64,000 nucleotides of DNA from an uncultured Acidobacteriota bacterium (GCA_963843575.1 CAWJKZ010000026.1:126085-190084); one strand, 5' to 3'. Counted from the first letter of the stretch, positions 41,965-50,142 are shown. Program-made: numbers and translations. Notes: generated from the letters alone by a model not told the origin.

Positions 41965-42402
41965 CTAGCGGTTTCTGTCCGGCTTGGGCGTCGTGCGGTC
42001 GTCGGGGTGGTTCGTGTCGCCGGTGCCGGTCGCCGTGGTCGGGGCGCCGGTGGTCGACCCGTCGGTGCGGGACAGTTCCTTTGGCTCGACGTCGATTTTA
42101 TCGGTGACTACCAGCCCCGCATGCGCGCTCCTCACCATGTCGATCGCGCGGTTGCGCAATGATTCCGATGCGACGGTGCCCGTTATCTTCACCTCGTTGT
42201 TGTCGGTATCGGCGCTGACCTTCAGGTCCGCAGTCCTCAAGTCCGGATCCGAATTCAGTTTTGCCTTGATGCTGTCCTCGAGATCGGAGTTCGTCATTCG
42301 GGCGGTTCCCGTTGTCCCCCGTGATTTGTTGGTCTGAGAGCAGCCGGCCAGCAATATGCCAAGCCCCATTAAGACCAGCAGAATCAGGTTCGGTCTTTTC
42401 AT
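41965..42402 (-). CDS. BON domain lipoprotein
   Basis: Lipobox LAGC. IKAKL...LKVSA...VKITGTV...VVTDKIDV. Confidence 0.87.
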   Translation of the reverse strand: MKRPNLILLVLMGLGILLAGCSQTNKSRGTTGTARMTNSDLEDSIKAKLNSDPDLRTADLKVSADTDNNEVKITGTVASESLRNRAIDMVRSAHAGLVVTDKIDVEPKELSRTDGSTTGAPTTATGTGDTNHPDDRTTPKPDRNR

Positions 42403-42441
42403 ACTAACCTCCTTTTAACAAACAAAATCTAGGTAGACAGA

Positions 42442-42457
42442 GGCAATAGCCGTGCCA
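42442..42457 (-). promoter_or_regulatory. Sigma-54 -24/-12 promoter
   Basis: TGGCAC-GGCTA-TTGCC, near-perfect consensus, upstream of the BON gene. Confidence 0.78.
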
Positions 42458-42696
42458 TTCCGAACCGTTCCGTAATCTCTCCATCCCCTGACCTTAAGGT
42501 GCCTCCCCCCGCGCCTCCCGAACCCCTGGAGCGCCTGCGCAAGTAAATATTCCCGTGAGCCGCGCGCAGCGCTTCACCACCCCAGTTGTTCGTTGCGTTG
42601 AGCGGCGGAAGGGCCGCGGCCGGTCACGTTCGATGAGGCCTTGCGTCGCCTCACGGGCAGTCTCGGAGCCAAGGTGAGATGGCGCCGACCTGTGCT

Positions 42697-43365
42697 TCAG
42701 CGGTCGACAAGTGTCGCCCTGACGACGAAGCGCCTGGGAGCGCTGCCGACGTAGTAGAAAGGGTAGCAGGTCACGAGCGTCAGGCTGGGGGTGCGAGTGT
42801 GATCCAGAACGCTCGTGTCCGATGGGCGGACTATTTTTGTCTCTTCGACCTTATAGCGGTATCTCCCCGAAAAGGTCGTCAGCGTAATAATGTTCTCGGC
42901 GGAGATGTCCTTCAGACCGCGGAAAAAGCTGTCCCGGTGACCGGCGATCCCGAGATTGCCGGGCTGCCCGGGCAGCGGCGTTCCCTCGATGTGGCCGACA
43001 CCCTCCGAGAGCGCCTTGCTGCCGGTTCCCTCGATAACCATCACCGACAAATCGAGACTGGGGATTTCGAGGCGCCCGATCAGCGCCCCCGGAGCGTATG
43101 CCGGCGTCGACGTTCGTGGAGTAGTCACCTCGGGTGAGGTGGTGTCCGCGCGGGGCGCAGCCCGGCCCCACACCGTCTCGGTGATGAAGGTAACAAGGGG
43201 CGCGGGCCGGCCCCGAAGTACCCGGTCGAATGCCCAGTTGTAATAGGCTTGCGAAAAACGGCCGTAGACCAGGCCCCCCGCGTACAGCAGGAGCAGAGAT
43301 ACGCCACAGATGAGGAGAGTCAGTTCTGCGTATCGCAGAAGCCGCGTTGGCACGGAATTTCCCAT
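42697..43365 (-). CDS. Class D sortase
   Basis: N-terminal TM, IAGHRD, LTLVTCYPF, RFVV (His-Cys-Arg triad). Confidence 0.93.
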   Translation of the reverse strand: MGNSVPTRLLRYAELTLLICGVSLLLLYAGGLVYGRFSQAYYNWAFDRVLRGRPAPLVTFITETVWGRAAPRADTTSPEVTTPRTSTPAYAPGALIGRLEIPSLDLSVMVIEGTGSKALSEGVGHIEGTPLPGQPGNLGIAGHRDSFFRGLKDISAENIITLTTFSGRYRYKVEETKIVRPSDTSVLDHTRTPSLTLVTCYPFYYVGSAPRRFVVRATLVDR

Positions 43366-43613
43366 GGCGTCGGGGTCGTGGGGGATCTTGTCCCCGTGGG
43401 AGGCCGGGAGGTGAACTCCAAGGGTTCACCTCCGGCTGGACAGGAAGCAATCGTAGAGCCCAACGACGGTAAGTCGGTAACCGTTTACGGATCTTTCAGG
43501 TCGAGCCGCCGGCCGATTCAGGTCCAGCCAGCAACGCGGCCACACGGCGGAAGAAATTTCCCTGCGGGCTGGACGAAGGCGGCGCAATCCCACCGTGTCT
43601 CTGGGGATTGAGG

Positions 43614-43979
43614 TCAGGACGCCAGGATACGGTTTACTTCCCTGGGGAGATCGACGGGGTTAATTGGTTTTCCGATTACCCCCTTGGCGCCCATGCGGAG
43701 AAGGTCCCGCACGTCCGCCGGATCCGTTTTGGCGGTGTGGAATATCACGGGGATGTTGCCGGTGGCTTCGCTCGACCGGAGCCTCTGGAGTACATCGGGC
43801 CCGTTGAGGTCGTGCATGACCAAGTCCATGAGGATGGCGTCGGGCCGGTTGTCGCGGGCGAACTGAATCGCCTCCACGCCCCCAGTCGCCAGGATTACCT
43901 CGAAACCGCCGACTTCCTGCAGCGCTATGGAGGCGACGAGGAGCATCGCCGGGTCGTCGTCCACCACGAGAATCTTCAT
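43614..43979 (-). CDS. Single-domain response regulator
   Basis: ILVVDDD, LMDLVM, HTA, KP. Confidence 0.9.
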   Translation of the reverse strand: MKILVVDDDPAMLLVASIALQEVGGFEVILATGGVEAIQFARDNRPDAILMDLVMHDLNGPDVLQRLRSSEATGNIPVIFHTAKTDPADVRDLLRMGAKGVIGKPINPVDLPREVNRILAS

Positions 43980-43981
43980 GG

Positions 43982-44371
43982 CTACGTTATTCCTGCGTCA
44001 GCCTGAGTGCCTTGAATCCACCGTTCGATGGTCGTCACCAGGAGCCGGTCGTCGATGATCGGCTTGGTCAGGTAATCGTTGAAACCGGCGGCAAGATATT
44101 TTTCCCGGTCCCCTGCCATTGCATGCGCCGTGAGGGCGATCACCGGCAAATCCCGGAGGCTCGCATCCAGTCTGATATTGCGCACGACCTCGGGGCCATC
44201 CATCTGGGGGAGTGAGATGTCGAGCAGCACCAGGTCCGGCCGATTCTTGCGAATGCCATCCAGAGCCTGCTGGCCGCTCTCGTATTCGACAACCTCGTAT
44301 AAACCCGCCAGCAACACACGGACAAGCTCGCGGTTGTCGGGATTGTCCTCGACCAGCACTATCCGTCTCAT
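43982..44371 (-). CDS. Single-domain response regulator (DivK-like)
   Basis: VEDNPDN, LLDISLP, ALTAHAM, KP. Confidence 0.92.
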   Translation of the reverse strand: MRRIVLVEDNPDNRELVRVLLAGLYEVVEYESGQQALDGIRKNRPDLVLLDISLPQMDGPEVVRNIRLDASLRDLPVIALTAHAMAGDREKYLAAGFNDYLTKPIIDDRLLVTTIERWIQGTQADAGIT

Positions 44372-44736
44372 GATTCCCCTGCTCGCCGTTCCTGCTCGAG
44401 CCGGCTCTTGACCCTCGCGAGAGCGTCGTCCAGATTATGGACGAGCGGCGCAAGTTCTTCACCCCGGCGTTCATAAGCCAGTTGTTCGATGGTACCGGCG
44501 AGTTCGCCGAGTTCGTCCGCCCCTAGGTTGCAGCAGCTGGAACGAATCGCGTGGGCTGCCCGCTCGACTTCCGGGAGTAATCCGGACTCGAGAGCCGCAT
44601 GTGCTGCCTCGACCCTAGATTTCGTGTGCGGCAGAAACAAGTCTATCATCTTGTCGACCAGTTCGTCGCCTCCCAGTTTGTGGAGTCGCGCCAGGGCTTT
44701 GGGGTCGATAACCTGCTTTGGTGTTGAGATGTTCAC
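44368..44736 (-). CDS. Hpt (histidine phosphotransfer) domain protein
   Basis: AAHAIRSSCCNLGA..L motif. Confidence 0.85.
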   Translation of the reverse strand: MNISTPKQVIDPKALARLHKLGGDELVDKMIDLFLPHTKSRVEAAHAALESGLLPEVERAAHAIRSSCCNLGADELGELAGTIEQLAYERRGEELAPLVHNLDDALARVKSRLEQERRAGES

Positions 44737-44964
44737 CTCCCGATCCGATCAATCGAAAATACATCGGGACACTCCCCTGCTGTCAAGCCTGCTGTCCGAC
44801 CCGACCCCCGCCCGGGCAGTCTGGCGCCGGATGAACGATCAGGGAAAAAAAGTCTGATCGGGGAGCGATTCCCCGATTGCAGGAGGGCGCAGCAGGAGTG
44901 CTGAGGTGGGCCGTTCGGATCCGCGAATCCCCAAGATTTGTGGGCGTGGGTAGGGCTGTTTTGG

Positions 44965-44977
44965 CAAATATCTGATT
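44965..44977 (-). promoter_or_regulatory. IHF-consensus-like site upstream of the sigma-54 promoter
   Basis: AATCAG-ATAT-TTG matches WATCARNNNNTTR. Confidence 0.4.
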
Positions 44978-45059
44978 GACAGACATTTAGGTGTGAAATT
45001 ATTCGCCCGCTCCCGGTTCGGTTCTGGTTTTTTTCGGATCCACATCGGAACCCTTTTTC

Positions 45060-45075
45060 TGGCACCGAACGTGCT
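45060..45075 (+). promoter_or_regulatory. Sigma-54 -24/-12 promoter of the putative ncRNA
   Basis: TGGCAC-CGAAC-GTGCT (GG-N10-GC). Predicted start ~45086, just before a hairpin at 45091-45118. Confidence 0.68.
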
Positions 45076-45247
45076 TTCACCCAAGCATCAGCGGAACCCT
45101 TGAGTAGAAGGGTTCTGTTTCACGGGGCGGGTGGAGTACCGGGAATCGTTGACCCGCAACGTCGACATGGCGATGAGGGAAATAGAGGGGCTCAAGAGTC
45201 CCTTCCAAGGGTGGAGCGGCAGGGATAAGACCCGTAAGACCGCCGAT

Positions 45248-45624
45248 TGTTGTGGGCTCCGTCCCTGCCGTTCCGGTTGAGTTAGGGGGATACCGGCACG
45301 GCAGGGGCGCCCACAGCACAACGACATGCGCGGCCGTTGCCGCCAGCGGATGTGGGTCAGCTCTCGCACTACCGGCAGAGTTAGGGGGGGACCGGGAGTG
45401 CGGGGGCTCCCACAAAATAATGGGGTTGGGCGGCGGCGAATCGCTGCAACGGATTGTGGGGTTGCCTCCTGCTTTCGAGGTTTGAGTTAGGGGGGGACCG
45501 AGAAAGCAGGGGCACCCACAAACAATCGTGAATCGAGGGCTTCCCCAGGCCCGCAACGAATTGTGGGGCGAGCTTTCCTGTTTCGGCAGAGTTAGGGGGG
45601 GACCGGAGCAGGGATACGCCCCAC
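45248..45624 (+). repeat. Four structured repeat units at ~100-106 nt period
   Basis: Hairpins at 45251-45315, 45351-45414, 45455-45520 and 45562-45624. Each reads TGTGGG...GAGTTAGGGGG...CCCAC. Confidence 0.9.
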
Positions 45625-45727
45625 CCAAAATTTATGAAATTGCGATTTATTGCGAAGCGCGAGCAAAAACCCCACCATTAACTTGGCGATTCCTTAACCC
45701 GGAATCGCTCCCGCCATAAAGCCTGCT

Positions 45728-45770
45728 GTGAAAAGGGCCCGGATCATTGATTCGGGCCTCTCACCTTTTT
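45728..45770 (+). terminator. Intrinsic terminator
   Basis: GGCCCGGATC-ATT-GATTCGGGCC stem with outer GTGA/TCAC pairing, followed by TTTTT. Confidence 0.65.
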
Positions 45771-45853
45771 AGCGCGACGCCCGCCAGGGCGGCCGAGTAT
45801 CCGGGGGTGGCGAGCCGGGACGTGAATGGCCGAAGCAGGGGGATCCCTCGGGT

Positions 45854-47146
45854 ATGATCGCCGCACTGCGGAAATGGGCTCTCTGGGTTCTATGGTTCAC
45901 GCTGTCTGCCCCGGTTCTCTCCGCCGACTGCCAAGTACCTGCGCAAGCTCCGGTGGAACAGCCGAGAACAGAACCCGGGATGGAACCGGTTATCGTAACT
46001 TCCAGGGAACAGCACCTCATCGCAATGCGGGCCGCAAAGATGCGGCGTATCGAGCCATATCGACTGCGGGGGCTCGAGCGCGGGCTGGCCTGGGTAGAGC
46101 AGAAAGGCATACCACTCCTCGGCATCCGATTTAAGGGATTCCAGCCCCGAGTCGGCGGGCTGCCCACGGGCTCCGGCTTCGCCCTCGGCACGAGTTACGC
46201 TCTTCCGGAAACCGACCGTCCACACCCGGAACTGCGCGGCGTCGCGGTGTGGTCGACGCGGGGCTACCAGCTGTACGGCATACAGGTCGGGAGGCTGGAC
46301 AATGGTGAGCGCGGTGCCTCGGCCTTTGCGGATCTTGCCTACAGGTATGCGCCACAGGAAGACTTCTTCGGGCTCGGCCCGGACTCGCGGGTAGGCGATC
46401 GTAGCGACTTCCTCCTCGAACAGGCTTCCTACGAAGGGGTTGTCGGGTACCGCTTCGCATCCTGGCTGAAAACCACGTTGTCTGGGGGATTTCTGCAGGT
46501 CAATACAGGTCCAGGGACGGACCGCCGGTTCCCCGACACCGGTCGAATCTTCTCCGAGAACACCGCTCCAGGGTTGGCCGCGCAGCCCGACTTCCTCCGA
46601 TTACGGTACGACGTTGTCGCGGAGTACCGCGACACGCCGGGTAATGCCCACAGGGGAGGAATGGTGGCGGCCGCGTTTTCGCGCCTGCACGACCGGGGGA
46701 CCGGCAGCTACAGCTTCAACAGGCTGGAGGTGGACGCGCGGCAGTACGTACCCCTGGGATCTACTGCGGTGCGGGTTCTGGCACTTCGTTTCTATGCGTC
46801 ATCCGACCAGCCCGACAGCGGCGCGTCGGTGCCGTTTTATTTCCAGGAGACACTCGGCGGAGGCGACGCGCTTCGCGGATTTCGCGAGTATCGTTTCCGC
46901 GACCGCAACCTCTTTTTCGCCTCGGGCGAATACCGCTGGGAGCCGGTTCGGGCTGTGGAACTGGTGTTGTTCTATGACGCGGGGAAGGTCTTTTCACGCC
47001 GGAGCGAGTTTGGGTTCGACCGGCTGAGAAAGTCCGCCGGTGCCGGGATCCGCTTCAAGACACAGAGGAGCGTTGTTCTACGGATCGATGCCGCACGCAG
47101 CAGTGAAGGGACCCGAGTTTATTTCAAGTTCGGGCCCTCGTTCTGA
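45854..47146 (+). CDS. Omp85/BamA-TamA family beta-barrel lacking obvious POTRA repeats
   Basis: Signal peptide, LGGGDALRGF..YRF, FYDAG, C-terminal Phe. Confidence 0.85.
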   Translation: MIAALRKWALWVLWFTLSAPVLSADCQVPAQAPVEQPRTEPGMEPVIVTSREQHLIAMRAAKMRRIEPYRLRGLERGLAWVEQKGIPLLGIRFKGFQPRVGGLPTGSGFALGTSYALPETDRPHPELRGVAVWSTRGYQLYGIQVGRLDNGERGASAFADLAYRYAPQEDFFGLGPDSRVGDRSDFLLEQASYEGVVGYRFASWLKTTLSGGFLQVNTGPGTDRRFPDTGRIFSENTAPGLAAQPDFLRLRYDVVAEYRDTPGNAHRGGMVAAAFSRLHDRGTGSYSFNRLEVDARQYVPLGSTAVRVLALRFYASSDQPDSGASVPFYFQETLGGGDALRGFREYRFRDRNLFFASGEYRWEPVRAVELVLFYDAGKVFSRRSEFGFDRLRKSAGAGIRFKTQRSVVLRIDAARSSEGTRVYFKFGPSF

Positions 47147-47164
47147 TTTTGGGGGGATACGGAG

Positions 47165-48799
47165 ATGCCCAGGCCGTTGACCAGGACGCTCACCGCGCTG
47201 GTGCTCGCCGCGACGCTGTCACCGGCGCGGACACCGGGAGTGAAATTTGCGCCCGACGATCCGATCTGGGTCGACCCCGACCGCCTCTCGATTCCCGAAC
47301 CTCGTTCCGTGGAACTCAGCAAGGGGTACGACCTCCTGGAGAACACGTTCGGCGATCCCGGAGGCAAAAAGGGGTCCGCGCGCAACGTGAACACACTGGG
47401 GGAAGTGCCGGATTCAAGCTGGTACACCAATCGGATGATCGGCCCAAACGCCTTGCCCATCGGCGTTTTGACCCTGGGGCCCGGCGGCGGGCAGGGACCG
47501 GACCTTTCCGGTCCAATGATGGTAACCTCGCTCAAGCACGAGGGCATCACCCCCGGGGTGACGATCCGTGACGCGCGGGGCCAGCGGTACATTCTGAAAT
47601 TTGATCCGCTCCAGTACCCGCAGTTATCGACATCCGCCGAGGTCATCAGCACCCGGATGTTCCATGCCTTCGGGTACAACGTCCCGGACAACTCGCTGAC
47701 CCTTTTCTCACCCGGCCTCTTGCGGGTTGCCCCGGAAGCTAACGTCACGGAACCGGGCGGTGGGCGAAGGAGACTCCTGGAGTCCGACTTGCGGAAGATG
47801 CTCGAGAAGGTCCCCAAGTTACACGACGGCAGTGTTCAGGCCATGGCGAGCCTCCTTTTGCCCGGAAAGGCGCTGGGCCCGTTCAAGTACTACGGCACCA
47901 GGAGCGACGACCCGAACGATATCTTCCCGCACGAGGACCGCCGTGAACTTCGCGCACTTCGGGTGTTTGACGCGTGGCTGAACCACAACGATTCCGATGC
48001 CGTCAACACGCTCGATTCCTACGTGGAGGAAGGGGGAACGCGTTTCATACGTCACTACCTCATCGATTTCGGTACGACGCTCGGCAGCGGAGCGTTCGAA
48101 CCAAAGGCCCGGCGCGCCGGATACGAGTACTACCTCCAGCCGTGGCCCGCGCTGAGGTCAGCCATGACGCTCGGGATTCTTGATCGCGGCTGGAGGGGCA
48201 TCCGCTATCCGGACTGCCCTTCGATCGGCCGTTTCGAAGCAGATCACTTCGATCCTGCGAACTGGAAACCGGACTACCCAAATCCCGCGCACGAGCGTTT
48301 GACTCCTGCTGACTCACTCTGGGCGATCCGGATCATGATGCGGTTCGACGAGGCAACCATCCGAGCCTTTGTTCGGACCGGGCAGCTGAAAGACAACGGG
48401 GCGGAAGAGTATCTTGCCGGGGTTCTCGCGGCACGCCGTGAAAAGCTCGTGCGGCACTATCTGTCCCTGTCCAACCCGCTTGATGGTTTTCGTTTCGCCG
48501 ACAATGAGTTGCGGCTGGAATTTCGGGACCTTGCCGCGGAAGCCGGTCTGGCAGCGGTCGACCGCGAGTACGAATATCAATGGTTTGCGTTCGACAACGA
48601 TACGGAGACGGCTTCCCCTACATCGGCGCCGCAAACGACGGCGCACCTTTTCCTGCCGGTGCCGGCGGGGGAACGACCCTTTGTCAAGGTCCGGCTGCGG
48701 ACCTTGACAAAGGACTACCCTGCATGGCGACGCTATGTCGACGTGTACATCCACAACGGCGGGGATCGGAAGATCGTGGGAATCGAGCGGGAATCGTGA
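47165..48799 (+). CDS. Secreted protein with atypical kinase-like motifs
   Basis: Signal peptide, GITPG..YILKFD, AEVI, WLNHNDSDAVN, YLIDFG. Confidence 0.65.
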   Translation: MPRPLTRTLTALVLAATLSPARTPGVKFAPDDPIWVDPDRLSIPEPRSVELSKGYDLLENTFGDPGGKKGSARNVNTLGEVPDSSWYTNRMIGPNALPIGVLTLGPGGGQGPDLSGPMMVTSLKHEGITPGVTIRDARGQRYILKFDPLQYPQLSTSAEVISTRMFHAFGYNVPDNSLTLFSPGLLRVAPEANVTEPGGGRRRLLESDLRKMLEKVPKLHDGSVQAMASLLLPGKALGPFKYYGTRSDDPNDIFPHEDRRELRALRVFDAWLNHNDSDAVNTLDSYVEEGGTRFIRHYLIDFGTTLGSGAFEPKARRAGYEYYLQPWPALRSAMTLGILDRGWRGIRYPDCPSIGRFEADHFDPANWKPDYPNPAHERLTPADSLWAIRIMMRFDEATIRAFVRTGQLKDNGAEEYLAGVLAARREKLVRHYLSLSNPLDGFRFADNELRLEFRDLAAEAGLAAVDREYEYQWFAFDNDTETASPTSAPQTTAHLFLPVPAGERPFVKVRLRTLTKDYPAWRRYVDVYIHNGGDRKIVGIERES

Positions 48800-49594
48800 C
48801 TACTGGGTCTTCCGCGCCGCGATGGCGGCCGGTCGCTGAGTGACTTCGATCTCGCAGAAGTCCGCTAGGTCCGGCATTTCCTCGGGCGTCGGGGCCAGCG
48901 CGATCCGGCTGTGATAGTTCTCCGGGCCGAGCAGGAGCAATGCGAATGTCTCGGCGAAATCGCCTGCGGGTGTCTGGTAGTCGGGGCAGCGGTTGCACCC
49001 GAACCACGGGACCGACTCGCTGATGCCCCGCAACTCCCGCCAGTGGTTCCGGCGCGTGCCGTTGTTGCGCTCGAGATCGAAGGCGTGCCCGATCTCATGG
49101 GCGAGATCGAACGCCAGCAGTTCCAGGTCGTCCCCGGGCCGGACGTATACTTCGATCCGTTTCCGGTCGGATATGGTCATGGCGCGGTAGCCGGTACGGG
49201 GACCGAGGAAGACGATCTCATATCCGAGTTTCTGCCACGGGTAATGAATCAGCGCCAGCGCCTGCTGCTTCTTGCTGAGGGCCCACTCGGTTTCCAGTTC
49301 GGCGGAAACAGGTGGGTTCGTCACGACCGGAGGCGTCGTCGTGCTCGGTTCGGCCTCGACCGTCGTGCCGAGGGCGGTGCGGGCATCCTCCGCGGTTTTC
49401 CCCCCCACACGATGCTCCTCGATTCCCATCCCAACGGACTCGCCGGCGAGGGAGGAGCGATGGGCCACGACCGGTACGGTCGCGCGCTGCCATGCCTCTT
49501 CGATCAAAGGCTCCAGTAGGAGCCAAATGGAGGCCAGAAGAATAACGACGAGAGGTCTGGGCCGGTAACGCACCCGCAACCACCTTCCCGCCAT
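48800..49594 (-). CDS. Membrane-anchored zinc metallopeptidase-like protein
   Basis: N-terminal TM, LAHEIGH (HExxH), downstream DFAETF. Confidence 0.7.
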   Translation of the reverse strand: MAGRWLRVRYRPRPLVVILLASIWLLLEPLIEEAWQRATVPVVAHRSSLAGESVGMGIEEHRVGGKTAEDARTALGTTVEAEPSTTTPPVVTNPPVSAELETEWALSKKQQALALIHYPWQKLGYEIVFLGPRTGYRAMTISDRKRIEVYVRPGDDLELLAFDLAHEIGHAFDLERNNGTRRNHWRELRGISESVPWFGCNRCPDYQTPAGDFAETFALLLLGPENYHSRIALAPTPEEMPDLADFCEIEVTQRPAAIAARKTQ

Positions 49595-49897
49595 TGGGCG
49601 ACAGTCTGCCTCGGGGTGAGACCACGGACTACACCGGGGCAAACGAAGAAGTTGTGCGCAAAAAAGACTGCACGCCAGCTAAAAAGCATCAGTGCAGAAA
49701 TTCCTGAAGCGCGAGCAACGCCCCGGCCGTGCTCTCCCGGGACGCAACAGATAAACCCCTTGTATGGACGGATGGATCATACCAGCGATCGGATTGCGAA
49801 AACAAGCACTATGATCCGCCAAAGCGGCTCCACTCGGCCTTTTCACGGCATCGAGCCGATGCCGGATGGAGCGAATTTTGCCTCAGGGCCGGCCGTG

Positions 49898-49993
49898 GCT
49901 GATGCTCGTGTACTGATCTCCAAGGGTTATCAGGACATGCATCCGCTCTCCGACGGATTCGATGCGTGGAGGGAGGCAAGGTACCCCTTGGAG
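49898..49993 (+). pseudogene. Rhodanese-domain C-terminal remnant
   Basis: ARVLISKGYQDMHPLSDGFDAWREARYPLE resembles the rhodanese L.GG..AW...YP.E tail. Confidence 0.5.
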
Positions 49994-50042
49994 CGGGGAC
50001 CGGGAGTTCGGCTTGCATCTGCTGGTCACCGATTGACAACAG

Positions 50043-50142
50043 CAGAACGCGGATCTTCCCGGATTTTACGGATTCACACGGATCGGGCGCGGCCCTGCCA
50101 CCAGGTGGAAATCCGCGTGCATCCGCGTAAATCCGCGTCCTG
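50043..50142. repeat. Palindromic CGGAT/ATCCG REP/MITE-like element, copy 2
   Basis: CAGAACGCGGAT, four CGGAT units, then three ATCCGCGT units, ending ATCCGCGTCCTG. Confidence 0.72.

Larger units (their letters stand above)
45086..45770 (+). ncRNA. Putative multi-hairpin ncRNA with four GAGUUAGGGGG-loop stem-loops
   Basis: No credible ORF. Bounded by a promoter and a terminator. Four covarying hairpins with conserved loops and + strand G.U pairs. Confidence 0.65.

Noticed and set aside
44976-45004. Sigma-70 promoter from TTGACA at 44976
   Set aside because: No convincing -10 hexamer at 16-18 nt spacing. The site overlaps the IHF-like motif.
45279-45602. Telomere-like TTAGGG repeats, or a minus-strand cuckoo-type anti-SD RNA
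   Set aside because: TTAGGG occurs once per loop, not in tandem. G.U pairs, promoter and terminator all favour the + strand, and the loop is not CCUCCUCCC.
45248-45624. CRISPR array or integron attC cassette array
   Set aside because: The variable segments are self-complementary stems rather than spacers, and the conserved block is only about 11-14 nt. There are no cas or intI genes, no cassette ORFs and no RYYYAAC/GTTRRRY ends.
45077-45719. ORFs 45077-45628(-), 45088-45369(-), 45252-45485(+) and 45528-45719(+)
   Set aside because: Pro/Gly-rich translations of the hairpin repeats. The repeat spacing (99/106/105) does not keep one frame, and no domain is recognisable.
49621-49760. c-di-GMP-I riboswitch (GGCAAAC ... 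GGGACGCAA)
   Set aside because: The two motifs are about 100 nt apart, without the P2 GNRA hairpin, and are on the wrong strand for the adjacent gene.
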